This document shows positions 35,447-48,014 of a stretch of 64,000 nt of DNA, in pieces (the stretch's first letter is position 1; each line of letters starts with the position of its first letter). Position numbers and translations under genes: made by a program. Source of the stretch: Scyliorhinus canicula (Eukaryota); the NCBI RefSeq assembly GCF_902713615.1, contig NC_052149.1, forward strand, positions 153,760,379-153,824,378. Direction: 5' to 3'. The notes beneath the pieces are model-generated. The model searched no databases. It saw only the letters and a program-made list of their open reading frames with translations, and was not told the origin of the DNA.

Positions 35447-36243
35447 GTAAGTTAAATTTTCTTTTTAGCAGTGTTGTAGCTAATATACGAGAATTTATCA
35501 TCCAAGTTTTAAAATGTCAAAATAATGGTTTGTGCAGCATTTCAGGTCCAAGTGGGCCAACTTTCCTTTATCCCTACAAGATTACTAGTGGGCATTTACT
35601 GAGTGAAGAACTGACATGAGTTCAAATGCCTGTCTGGCAAGTTGTGAGATTGAATTCAATGAGTGTTCATTTGAAGGCAAAAACTAATTGGGGTGGCATA
35701 TTGTCCTCCAGGGAAGGGACTTGCTATCCATATTCGGATTTCACACAGATTCCAGTCCCAGTAAGTAGTTCATTCCTGAGTGCACTTGGCGATCAACAGA
35801 TAACTAATAAATAGTCGTTCCACAGTTCTCCACAGGATGTTAAGAGATCAGTGATTGAAATTAGTGGTCTGATTCAGCAAAGCAGGTCTCAAAGTGGCAA
35901 CGTTTTATTCACGCATTGCATCCTGCTTCGATGCCATGTGCCAGTGATTTATGTCAATCTTCAACTGTTCTAGATATTCTACCTTAGTTCACAAAATCTG
36001 TACTGCTGATATGTCTAGCAAATGGCAGAATTCAACATAAAAATAGTACCCGTAAGCTCATAATATTATCTGAATTTTATTTTTCTCGAGGACATTCTGC
36101 TGCTGAAATTTGTTACATATTTGCATCAATTATTGATCGTGTGCATTTTGCAAAATAACCGTGGTTGTATTCTTGGGGTACTAAACTCAGAAACTAGCCA
36201 TTCAGTCCAGCTAGTCCATGCTGACCCATAACTTTTAATAGAT

Positions 36244-36741
36244 TGTGGTATGGGGTGCACACAGCCCACTCTACAGGTGTGGTACAGCAGAAATGGAAAC
36301 TGATTTTTTAAAGCAAAACAATGTTTATTCTATAAACTCAAGTTAACCTTTTTAAAACATACAGTGAACATCTTAGCAACCATTAGTTCAAATACAGCCC
36401 CCAAAGAATGCAACCCCATGTAATCCTTAAGCTGTCCTTTTAACATCCATAAGATTTTTTAAAAACCTTTAAAACGCAAAGATCAGGTTTAAATTCACTA
36501 TTGAGAGCAGTTATTAGTTTTAAATCACCAAAGGATCGATTTACAGTCTTTAGATTACAGAGAGAGACTGACTAATACACCTTCTGGCTGCGACTGCAGC
36601 TATTCAGCTCAGAAAATGAAACTAAAACACACCCTGCAGCAAACAGCCTAAAACAAAAGTAAAAAGCTGACACAGCCCAGCTCCACCCACACTCTGACAT
36701 CACTGATAACACCCATTTCTTAAAGGTACTCTCACATGACA
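36244..36741 (-). mobile_element. Probable solo or partial LTR
   Basis: TG...CA termini. Minus strand starts TGTCATGTGAGAGTACCTTTAAG and has AATAAA near its 3' end. No clear TSD. Confidence 0.5.
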
Positions 36742-37140
36742 CCATCTCACTCGATCTTTGGTTACCCAGCATTTCTGGGAGGTTTTTTGTGAATTCTTTT
36801 GTGAAGACTGAAGTAAGGTAGTTGGTTAATTGTTTTGCCATTTCCTTATTCTCCATTATCAATTCTCCTGTTTCAGACTATAAGTGACCTACATAAGTCT
36901 TCACGAGTCTTTTTCTTTTTACATACTTATGGAAGCTTTTATAGTCCATTTTTATGTTGATAAAAGTTTAATCAATCTCTTGGTCCTCCATTGCAGAATT
37001 CTAACCTTCTCCCAATCCTGAGGCTTGCTATTTTTTCGAGAAATTTTATATGACGACTCTTTGGATCTAGTGCTAGCCTTCATTTTTTTGTTAGCCATGG
37101 TTGGGCCACTTTACCGGTTGTGTTTTTGTGCAATATAGAA
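36742..37140 (-). mobile_element. CR1-clade LINE ORF2 tether fragment
   Basis: IMENKEMAKQLTNYLTSVFTKE remnant. Confidence 0.7.
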
Positions 37141-38114
37141 ATACAAAGTAGCAATTGTAGTATAAGGGTCTGGCACAAAAAGTGTCAACTTGGGGCTGAG
37201 CATAACACTGTCCACAGTGTGATGTAAAGGCACACATGACCAGAGTCTCGAGGGTAGTCTTGTACTAGACAGATGTGTGTTGAGTCAAGCATGGGGACAG
37301 TTTCCAGCTGAGACCTTTCATACAGTCATAGGAATTAATTAACATTCACTGTTAAATTATCCAAACTCAGAACTTCTTCATGAGACCTGTCAAACTACAC
37401 CCAACAGCAATAAACTAAGAACAGTATAAAGAAAGGAATGTACTTTTATGAGTTAATATTATAAAATAAAATACTTATAATATATTTGGAGCGAGGGAAA
37501 GATTTTACGGCAGCTCAGGGCATCCACTGAATCAAGGCAGTAGAGTCAATGAAGGGGAGCAGCACCACCTAGTGTGGGAGGACTGATAGCTTCAGTACAG
37601 CAATGTGGGTGTGTCACACTAAAAGTAATGTAAATAGACATTACTCATGATGCGACTTCATCTATTGGCAAGTGTTCATGGCGTGAGAATGTGTGATTAA
37701 AGATTATTCAGCAGGAACAAGTGAATTACAAACTACCCGCGATCATATGTTCAGTAGTCAAGAACAGTCTGCACCATTAAATTGTGTGTGAGTTGCCTGC
37801 AAGTTATGATAGCTGGTTCCAACTGATGTGAAGCTAGAATTGCTTCTCCAGTATCAAAATTTAATTTAACAGTACTGGACAAAAAGTGAATGAGAAACAT
37901 ACCTGTTATCATAATATGTTCCTGTATTCCAGTCACTTTGTAAGCACTCATTGGTATTTACTTTTTAGATTTATAACTGAACAGAAAGGTGTTGAGTTAG
38001 GCATGTAGGCTGGAAAGAATTCCACCAGCGGCAGGAGCTAAAAAGACCATTTTATGTAATTTCCTCTTGAACTTCAAGAAATACTTTTTCCATGAGGAAA
38101 ATGAATTGATGAAT

Positions 38115-38429
38115 CCATAGAATCCCTACAATGCGGCATAAGGCCATTTGGCCACCAAATCTGCATCGCCCCTCTGAAAGAGCACTTGACCGAGGCTCAC
38201 TCACCTGCCGTATTCCTGTAACTCCATCTTTGGACACAAGGGGGCATTTTAACATGGCCAATCCACCAAACATGCATATTGTTGGACTGTGGGAGGAAAC
38301 CGGAGTACCTGGAGGAAATCCACGTAGACACCAGCTGAACATGCAAATTCCACACACAGTCATCCAAAGATGGAATCGAACCCAGGTCCGTGGTGCTGTG
38401 AGGCAGCAGTGCTAACCACTGTGCCACCC
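38115..38429 (-). mobile_element. V-SINE (HE1-type), older copy
   Basis: Head, V-domain and diverged CR1-like tail. Confidence 0.85.
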
Positions 38430-38707
38430 AGTACTCAAAGCCAAAACGTCAAGAAATGAGTAACTTGATAACAGGTAATTGCTGGCTCCCAACAACTAGT
38501 TCAACTGCTCAAAATATCTGGCCCACTGAATAAGTATGGCTTAAAATTGTGTCTTTATAATTATCGCATCTGGAGTAGGGAAACGGTTATCACTAGTTTT
38601 CAGGTAAACACTGACAGTGGAAGTGATGGTGATTATATTGAGTGGAGGCAAGGCCACACCTGAAGTATACTGGAGTTTTGGTCTCCTTCCCTTGAGGTAG
38701 TATAACA

Positions 38708-39146
38708 TACTACAGAGAGTCGTGAACACAGCGCAGTCCATCACGCGAACCCACCTCTCATCCATTGACTATCTACATCTCCGCTGCCGTGGGAAAGAGG
38801 ACAGTATTATCAGAGTCCCCTCCCACCTGGATTATTCTCTCTTCCAACCTCTTCCATCGGGCAGAAGATAAAAAAGACTGAGAACACGCACTAACAGATT
38901 CAAAAACAGCTGCTTCCCCACTGTTACCAGACTCCTGAATGATCCTCTTACGGACTAATCTGATCTCTCTACGCATCTCCTCTGCTGTTGTTCGCACTGC
39001 ACTCCGTATGCTTAAATCGATGTCTATGTATTTACATTGTGTATTTATTGTATGTCCTATGTTTTTCCTGTATGGAACGATCTGTACTGTATGCAGAACA
39101 ATGCTTTTCACTGTACCTCGGTACACGTGACAATAAATCTAAATCT
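38708..39146 (+). mobile_element. Rex1/Babar LINE 3' end inserted in a CR1 fragment (38645-39420)
   Basis: LQRVVNTAQSIT..LPSGRR..RFKNS.FP, with tail tttcactgtacctcggtacacgtgacaataaatctaaatct. Confidence 0.8.
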
Positions 39147-39541
39147 GACTAGGTTAATTGGAAGAACTGCTGGAATGAGGAGATTGTCCTTTGAGGAGAG
39201 ATTGAGTAGACTAGTCAGATATTCACTGGAGTTGAGTGAGGTGTGATTTAGTTGAATCATAGCATTCTTAAGGAACTTGATAAAATGGATGATGAAAAAA
39301 TATTTCTCCTGGTTGGAGGGAAGGGGGGTTTGGAACGCAAGGTCACGTTCTCAGAATAAGAGGTCAGCATCTAGATCTAAGATGAGGAAAACTTTTTTCA
39401 CTTAGTTGTGAAACTTCGGAAGTCTCGACAGGAAAATCCCCTTAATCGGAACAAAACTCCATTAACCCAAGCTTTTCAGGAAGGTTTAATTGGTCCTGGC
39501 TCCCAACCTTTCAAACCAAGATTATTTTAAAACATGACTGC

Positions 39542-39718
39542 TCCTGATCCTTTCCTTTGATGTTTGTATTTAAAATGTTGAGGGTTGTTTGGGGGTTGGT
39601 GGGAGGAAGGGATGGTTGACCAGGGCATTGACATTGTATTTGTTACCGTTGATTGTTTGTTGGTGGGTGTAAATTTGGGTCTAAATGTGAAAAAGGAGAA
39701 TAAAACTACTTTTTTTTT
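39542..39718 (+). mobile_element. 5'-truncated L1-type 3'UTR insertion
   Basis: Perfect 14-bp TSD TAAAACATGACTGC (39528 and 39719) at a TTTT/AAAA site. G/T-rich UTR with AATAAA. Confidence 0.75.
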
Positions 39719-39779
39719 TAAAACATGACTGCAGCAGTCAAACACACTCTAACTCATCCTATTAACCCTTACTGCACTA

Positions 39780-41060
39780 ATACCTAGAATACAATATATC
39801 TGAAATTCCTACATTCATTGCACCGAAGTGAAGACAGATGTGAAATACGTGTCATCCATCACATTGTACAGATTACACCCTTGGTCCCTAAAGGGTCCTA
39901 CTCTTGGTTGTCCTCGTCCCCTTGATATACTTATGGAATATTTTAGGATTTTCGCTAATCATACCCACCAGCACTTTTTACTGCCATTATTTGCTCTCCT
40001 AATTCCTCTTTTGAGATGCCCCCCCACCCCCGCACTTCCTATACTGCACGAGGGCCTCTCTAGATTTGCTCCTTTTGTACCTATAAAAGCCTCTCTTTGC
40101 CTTCCATTCAGTCCTGAATATTCCTAAACATCTAGGATTCTCTGGATGTGTTGGTCCCACATTTCACCCGAAATGGGAATGTATTGGACCTGTACTCTCG
40201 CCAATTCCATTTTGAACCACCCCACCCAAATGTTCTGCTGTAATTTCCCCAGCAGTATACTTTGGCCAGATCCTGCCTTATTTTAATAGAATCAGCCTTC
40301 CTCGATCTAAAACCCTTTCCTTGTAGACCATCGTTTTCCTGTTCCATGACCAATTTAAACCATACAGTGTTATGGTCGCTGTCACTAAAATGCTCCCCTA
40401 CTGCTATACCTGCCCGGTTTCGTTTCTCAGAACTAGGACCAGCACAGCGCCATCCCTTGTTGGGCCTTCGACGTGTTGATATTAAAAAGCTCTCTTGAAT
40501 ACTTTTCAAGAAATCTGCTCCCTTAAACCGTATCTATCCCAATTAATGTTTGGGAACTTGAAATTCCCTAATATAATTATTCTGTTTTGACACACCCCAG
40601 TGAATTGTCTACATTCTGCTCGCCTGTTACCTGCTGACTGTTTGGTGGTCTATAGTACACTCCCAGTAGTGTGACTGCTCCGTTTTTATTCCTAAACTCT
40701 ACCCACAAAGCTTCAATTGAAGACCCTTCCAAGATATCGTCCCTTTTTACTGCAGTAAAAGACTCCTTCATTCAATGCAACACCACCTCTTTTACACCCT
40801 TCCCTGTCCTGCCTGAAGACGCTTTACCATGGAATGTTGAGCTGCTAGTCCTGTCCCTCCCTCAACCACGCCTCTGTGATGGCAACAATATTTCAACTCC
40901 ATGTGTCAATACACACCCTTAATGCATCTGTTTTAACCATGATACTCCTAACAAAGTAGAGGCCATCCAGACTCGCCTTACTCCCTTGAAACTCGACATT
41001 CTACGTCCCTATTGCATTAATACTTTGTGTCCCCTCCACCTGTTAAAATACTTTAAATCG
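39780..41060 (-). mobile_element. CR1-clade LINE endonuclease/tether fragment
   Basis: EALWVE..GVYYRPPNS and SDSDHN motifs. Confidence 0.8.
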
Positions 41061-41083
41061 CTCACCTCTTTTTGTTTCGGGTC

Positions 41084-42258
41084 TTTTTTTAAAAAAAAGT
41101 GTTTTTATTGCGTTTTCGCATCTTATATTTCACGATTCACGTGTTACATATTATAGAACAGTGCCATAAAAAGAAGATTAAAGAAAAACAGAAATCAGCA
41201 CATATATTTACAGGCAATTGTCTTCCCTCTCGCTGTGGCCATGTTCCCTTCAGTCGGCATCTATCTGTTACAATCCCAAGTATGGTCAAAGCCGTATTTA
41301 CAGGTATCTATTTGCAGGTCAATTTGGGCTTCAGCTTGCCGTTGGATCAGTCCCTGTGACTGGTCCATCTCGTTTTCTTTGCGTGCCATCGCTTCCCCCC
41401 TCCCAACTCATTTTCCTCTTTGTCCCCTACTGGTTGCTGGCTATGAACAGATCTTGGAACAAGTTGGTGAGCAAATAGCACATCTTGTGGAAACCGTCTT
41501 CCGAATCCCGAATGGCAAATTTTATTTTTTCCAGCCTGAGAAATTCTGCCAGATCGGACATCCAGTCTGCAGCTTTGGTGGTGCTGCTGTTCACCAGCCG
41601 AGCAGGATTCTCCAGCAGGCGATCAGGGAGGCAAAGGCTAGAATGTCGGCCCCCTCCCCATAAAGGGGAGGTCTGATTTGAAACCACGAAGACTGCCACT
41701 TTTGTGCATAGCTCCACTATCTCCCACATCCTGAACAATGCCTCAAAAAAGGTCATCCAGTACCTGACAAATCTGGGGCAAACCCATAATATGTGAGTGT
41801 GGTTGGCCAGGCTTCCCTGGCACCATTCACATTTGTCCTCCATCACGATGAGTCGGTAAGGGTCTTTGTTGGGGATTTCCACCATGGTTTTCTGTATGGT
41901 CCTATTTGGGAGAGTACACATTTCCAAGAACCACCGGTGCCCCTTCCAGGACATCACTAACCATGATGTACCCTCTCACTTAGTCCGTAACCGTCCATGT
42001 CACTGTAAATGCTGTCCTCTTATTGAGCAGTATGACCATCACCTTAGCCTTTGTCCCGTAGTACAAATGGTAAGTCTGTCCCACCCAGCTTTTTCTTAAC
42101 CGCAGTCGGTCCTTCTCCCTCAGGTGGGTCTCCTGGGCAAAAACTATGTCGGCTCTCAGACTTTTCAGATGGGCAAAGACTCTGGATCTTTTCACTGGGC
42201 TGTTAAGTCTCCTCACGCTCCAGGTAACTATTCTGATGGGGGGGTTCTTTCTGCATCC

Positions 42259-42292
<34 letters not shown>

Positions 42293-42391
42293 ACCCCCCC
42301 ACCCCCAGCTCCAGGGTCAAACTTTGTGGATGCACCCGTGTACTCTGGGGTTCACCCTTGTTTGGGGACCATCCTAGATGGCTGTGGTCAC
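41084..42391 (-). mobile_element. Internally deleted L1-clade LINE
   Basis: Endonuclease N-terminus (VTWSVRRLNSPVKR..QETHL) joined almost directly to the C-terminal knuckle (CEWC..HTHILWVCP) and 3'UTR/A-tail. Confidence 0.8.
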
Positions 42392-42797
42392 TGTCATAAT
42401 ATCCACTCGTGTAGAATGAGATGCAGACAGGCAGTGATTGACACGCAGGATGACCAGTAAGCGTACAACACAGTACAGCCAATCACCAGACAGGACACTA
42501 CCACTATAAAGCCAGAGGGCACTAGGTTTCCCGCTCTCTCTCGGGACTCAGCTACTTAGACAGTCAGAGTCCACGAGCTAGCAAGTGCAAACACCATGCG
42601 GTAGCTAGTAAGTCTGGTCAGGCTACTACAAGGTCACCAGTCAGATAAGTATAGTGTCGACCCACAGCTGAATATATATATATAGCAGTTCTATAATTGA
42701 ATAAAACTGTGTTGGATCTTCTCCAGTGTTAGACGTCTGTTTCTAATTTCCCTGCATCGAGTTCAGTCCACATCGAACCAACCTGCCTAACACATCA
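42392..42797 (+). repeat. 5' LTR of Gypsy element
   Basis: TGTCATAAT...ACATCA with internal TATAAA and AATAAA, immediately followed by PBS TGGTACCAGAGTG. Confidence 0.8.
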
Positions 42798-43882
42798 TGG
42801 TACCAGAGTGATGCTGATCTTGACGGACCTACCTCGAGTGAATCAGCATTGACCAGCAAGCAGCCATCCAGCGAAATGGAAAACATCCAGCCTCCTCCGC
42901 ATCTCCGGCAACCTCGACGCCAACTGGAAAATCTTCAAGCAAAAGTTCCTCTTGTACATCGAGGCCTCTGACCTCGAGTCAGCATCGGATGCCAGGAAGA
43001 TCACGCTATTTCTCTCCACTGCGGGCGCTCATGCCATCCATATCTACAACTCCCTTATGTTCGCCGAAAGCGAAGACAAAACAAAATTCAAAACAGTCCT
43101 GCTGAAGTTCAACAGCCACTGCGACATTGAGGTGAATGAGAGCTTTGAACGGTGCATCTTCCAGCAGAAGCTTCAGGGTAAGGATGAACCTTTTCCGTAC
43201 TTCTTGACCCATCTCCGCATCCTAACGCAATCATGTAACTATGACTTAACGGCTGATTCCACGGATCAGATCGTTTTCGGGGTCCACTCCGACGCCTGCG
43301 GCAGCAGCTCCTTAAAATCAAACAGTTGACCCTCTCTGTCGCTATTGAGACGTGCGTTGTCCATGAGCATGCCAAGAATCGTTACTACCACATCAGGGTG
43401 GCAGAAACTGCAAAGCTGGCCTCCCACGAGGCGGAAAGGGTGCAGGCCATGGCACAGATGCAGGACCTGAGCATCGAGGAGAGTGGCCATTTTGCGCGCT
43501 TTTCCCGGATCCCTGCGCATGCACGCCTCGACCGAGTGGACGACGAGACCAACAACCCGACTGCGCAGGTGCGTACATCGACCGACCACACTGTGTATGC
43601 ACGATGGCGCACAGAATGCGCTGATGTCAGCGTCATGACGTGTCCGAATTGTGGCTTCGCCTATTTAAAGCGGCAATGTCTGGCAAAAGGACGACGATGT
43701 CTCCAGTGTGGCAAGCTTAGCCACTACGCAGCCCTTTGCAAATATGCTCCACCGCTCAGCAGCCAGCGATCCCAGCTGCGGCGCAGAAGTGTCCGCTCAA
43801 CACAGCAAGACATGCCAGATTCCAATCCCGACGGCCCAATGGACCCTGATGCTGACTGCCTCAAGTCTGATGCTGACTGCCT

Positions 43883-44168
43883 AGGGCAGCACGGTAGCAT
43901 GGTGGTTAGCATAAATGCTTCACAGCTCCAGGGTCCCAGGTTTGGTTCCCGGCTGGGTCACTGTCTGTGCGGAGTCTGCACGCCCTCCCCGTGTGTGCGT
44001 GGGTTTCCTCCGGGTGCTCCGGTTTCCTCCCACAGTCCAAAGATGTGCGGGTTAGGTGGATTGGCCATGCTAAATTGCCTGTAGTGTCCTAAAAAGTAAG
44101 GTTAAGGGGGAGTTGTTTGGGTTACGGGTATAGGGTGGATACATGGGTTTGAGTAGGGTGATCATTGC
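43883..44168 (+). mobile_element. V-SINE (HE1-type), 3' end lost, inside Gypsy
   Basis: gggcagcacggtagc head and V-domain. Confidence 0.9.
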
Positions 44169-44543
44169 ACGAGTGGTGAGCTGTCCTCACAGTTAACAAA
44201 GCTCGCATCTGATTTAAACTGGACACCGGCGCGTCTGCGAACCTCATCTCACAATCCGACCTCAACACCATCCAGGCCTGACCAAGCATTCTTCCACCAG
44301 CCTGCCAGCTCCTTGACTACAATGGCAGTGCCATAGCTGCCAGTGGCTCGTGTCAACTCGGGGTATCCAACAAGGCGATCAAGGCAACATTACGGTTTGA
44401 AATTGTCAGGCCTGACAGGGCGTCCCTGCTCTGTGCTCACTATGCAAGCTCCTGAACCTGGTTCAGCGAGTCCACATCATGTCATCGTCACCGGCGACGG
44501 CCTTGCCCGATGGAAATTTGCAAGTCGACATAGACGACATTAT

Positions 44544-44894
44544 CATAGATAGAATTTACAGTGCAGAAGGAGGCCATTCAGCCCATCGAGTCTGCACCGG
44601 CTCTTGGAAAGAGCACCCTACCCAAGGTCAACAACTCCACCCTATCCCCATAACCCAGTAACCCCACCCAACACTAAGGGCAATTTTGGACATTAAGGGC
44701 AATTTAATCATGGCCAATCCACCTAACCTGCACATCTTTGGACTGTGGGAGGAAACCGGAGCACCCGGAGGAAACCCACGCACACACTGGGAAGATGTGC
44801 AGACTCCGCACAGACAGTGACCCAAGCCGGAATCGAACCTGGGACCCTGGAGCTGTGAAGCGATTGTGCTATCCACAATTCTACCGTGCTGCCC
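44544..44894 (-). mobile_element. V-SINE (HE1-type), full length, inside Gypsy
   Basis: Nearly identical to the 26051 copy, including the internal duplication. Confidence 0.93.
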
Positions 44895-47800
44895 ACATAG
44901 CCCATAGTACCACAGTGTATTCGATGGAAAGGGCACGCTCCGGTACCGATATAAAATCCTGCTCCAGCCGAACGCCACCCCTGTAATTTATGCACCACGC
45001 CAGGTGCCGGCGCCCCTCAAGGATCGTCTGAAAAAGCAACTACAGGACCTCCAAGACCAGGGCATTATCTCGAAGGTCAAGGCCAACAGACTGGGTCAGC
45101 TCCATGGTCTGCGTAAAGAAGCCATCGGGGAGCTCCGCATTTGCATTGATCCTAAGGATCTAAACCGCAACATCATGCGGGAGCATTACCCAATCCCGAA
45201 ACGTGAAGAGTTGACCAGTGAGATGGCTCATGCCAAATTCTTCACTCGGCTGGACGCCTCCCGGGGCTTTTGGCAAATACAGCTGGACGCGTCCAGTCGC
45301 AAGCTGTGCACGTTCAACACCCCGTTCTGTTGCTACTGCTACAACCGCATGCCTTTCGGCATCGTATCTGCCGCCTAAGTGTTTCACCGCATCATAAAGC
45401 AGATAATGGAGGGCATCGAGGGGGTGTGAGTATATGTGGACGACGTGATTATCTGGTCCACAATGCCCCAGGAGCACATCGCTCGCCTTAAGCAGGTCTT
45501 CCAGCGAAATCATTAACATGGTCTCCAGCTCAACAGGGCCAAGTGCTAATTTGGTCAATCGGATATTAAGTTTCGAGGTGACCACATCTCGCAGCAGGGT
45601 GTGCGGCCAGACGCTAACAAGGTCTTGGCAAGGTCTTGCCGATCAACGCCATGAAGACCCCGGAGGACAAGATGGCGGTCCTCCGCTTCCTCGGGATGGT
45701 CAACTTTCTCGGGAAATTCATTCCCAATATGGCATCCCACACCACGGCCCTCCACCGTCTCGTCAAGAAGTCAACAGAATTCCAGTGGCTGCCCACTGGA
45801 AGCGGAATGGGGTGAACTGAAGGCAAAGCTCACCACAGCCCCAGTTCTAGCGTTCTTTAACCCAACCAAGGAAACCAAGATATCAACTGATGCAAGCCAG
45901 GACAGCATTGGGGCGGTGCTTCTCCAGCAAGATGACTCCTCGCCCTGGGCTCCAGTGGCATATGTCTCCAGGGCCATGGCGCCCACTGAGCAGCGGTATG
46001 CCCAGATCGAAAAGGAGTGTCTTGGTCTCCTGACAGGAATAGTCAGGTTTCATGACTACGTTTACGACCTGCCGAAATTCACGGTGGAAACGGACCACAG
46101 GCCCTCTAGTCCACATAATCCAGAAGGATTTAAATGACATGACACCTCGGTTACAGCAAATTCTTCTTCGACTCCACTGCTATGACTTCAAACTTGTCTC
46201 CACACCAGGAAAAGAGCTGATCATTGCAAATGCCCTATCCCGGTCCATCACCACACCGTTTGAACAAGGTGACTTCATCTGCCACATAGAAGCACAAGTG
46301 CAATTGTGTGCCACTAACCTCCCAGCCTCTGACTAACGGGTGGTCCAAATTCGTGAGGAAACAGCCAAGGATCCTCTACTGCAGCGTGTGATGCAGCACC
46401 TTACCCATGGCTGGCAGAAGGGACAATGTCCCCAATTCTTTAACGTGAAAGACGAGCTGACGGTTGTGGAGGGAATCCTTCTGAAACTCGACAGGATCGT
46501 TATTCCTCGGGGCATGCAGGCTTATGGTGCTGGGTCAACTCCATGAGGGTCACCTTGGAGTCGAGAAATGCCGACGCAGAGCTCGAGAGGCGGTTTATTG
46601 GCCGGGCATTAACCAGGACATTGCCAACACGGTCCTCAACTGCCCCACCTGTCAGAAGTTTCAACGGGCTCAACCCAAGGAAACACTGCAACAGCATGAG
46701 ATCGTGACCTCTCCATGGTCCAAAGTAGGTGTAGACCTTTTCCACGCCAAGGGGCGTGACTACGTACTCCTGGTCGACTACTTCTCCAGTTACCCAAAAG
46801 TGGTGAAACTGTCTGACCTCGCGTCGAAGGCGGTCATCAAAGCCTGCAAAGAAACGTTCGCCAGGCACGGGATACCGCTCACAGTAATGAGCGACAACGG
46901 TCCATGCTTTTACAGCCAAGAATGGTCTGACTTTGCACAGTCCCACAACTTCCGTCAAGTTACCTCCAGTCCCCACTACCCGCAATCAAATGGGAAGGCC
47001 GAGAAAGGGGTCCATATTGTCAAGCGGTTGCTGTGCAAAGCTGCAGACTCAGGCTCTGACTTCAACCTGGCAATGCTGGCATACTGGGCAACCCCACTGT
47101 CTAAAGCTCCAGCGAAATCGATTGTGTCAATACCTGTAAACTGTACGGTAATATGCAGCAAACTATCAATAAGAAAACCGTCAACTTTAAATTGACTCCC
47201 TTACTGTTTTCAGTTGTCTTGTCTATATTTTCTTGTATCATCAACTCTTTTTACAGGCCATTACTGTTTTAATCTGACGTATGTACATCACTTTTTGCTG
47301 CTTCTTGGTTCTAAGATGCCTCAACTCATCTGTTTTGTACTTAAGTTGATGGAAATTGAAGGAGAGGAAAAAAGTTAGTTTGTATACCTTCTGCATTATT
47401 TGTTGCTACCTTCATGGAAAGAACTGTGATGTTAATCCAGATGTGACCTTGTGTACAGCAGAGACGTGGGGAGATTGTAGGGCATCCAGCATTAGAGCAT
47501 TCAAGATTTGATAGTGTCCTATCATTTTCCCCCTCTACTGTTGGCTTATGTACAAAGATCACAAAATGGGAAACTGCAAATTGCCTTGGATAATGTAATG
47601 TTTAATCTTCAGTTCTTTCTAGTTTATCTGCCTTCGCCTCGCTGTATGGTGGTAACACTAGCTCTAAATTCTCCTGTCCCACCTTGCTGTCATGCTTTGG
47701 CATCTCCAAGCAGTTGCTCAAGTTCCAAGGGAGAACAGAGCCAAAGGTCCCTTCTGATACTCATCAAGTATACTTCCTGGTAAATTGAGACAAATTAGGT

Positions 47801-48014
47801 TTGTTGTAACCGTAAGCTGACTGTAACAAGTAGAATCAAGGTTAAAAAGGGGAAAATGAGAAATGTAAACGTTTTAAGGTGACATGTTAATGTGGTCACG
47901 GTTCTGAGGTTTGTAAACTGCATTTTCTAATAACTTCTGTTATGAATTTTGAACAATGGATGAAATGGCTTCCAGCCGGTTTATGAAATAACACTTTAGC
48001 TAATTTTGTAGAAG

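Larger units (their letters stand above)
42392..47100 (+). mobile_element. Ty3/Gypsy LTR retrotransposon, decayed and 3'-truncated
   Basis: gag (ATG 42876, two CCHC-like knuckles), protease FKLDTGA, RT LRICID..YVDD, RNase H TDAS..YAQIEKE, integrase H-H-C-C plus D,D(35)E (SDNG..SNGKAE), in the order PR-RT-RH-IN. Multiple frameshifts and no 3' LTR. Confidence 0.93.

Noticed and set aside
37558-37578. CTCF/REST-like motif GCAGCACCACCTAGTGTG
   Set aside because: Mismatches at two key core positions and no properly spaced upstream module.
12389-42305. Long poly-C/poly-G runs (e.g. 12389, 13241, 24267, 42259)
   Set aside because: They sit inside L1 copies as expanded homopolymers. Their lengths may be unreliable and they are not independent features.
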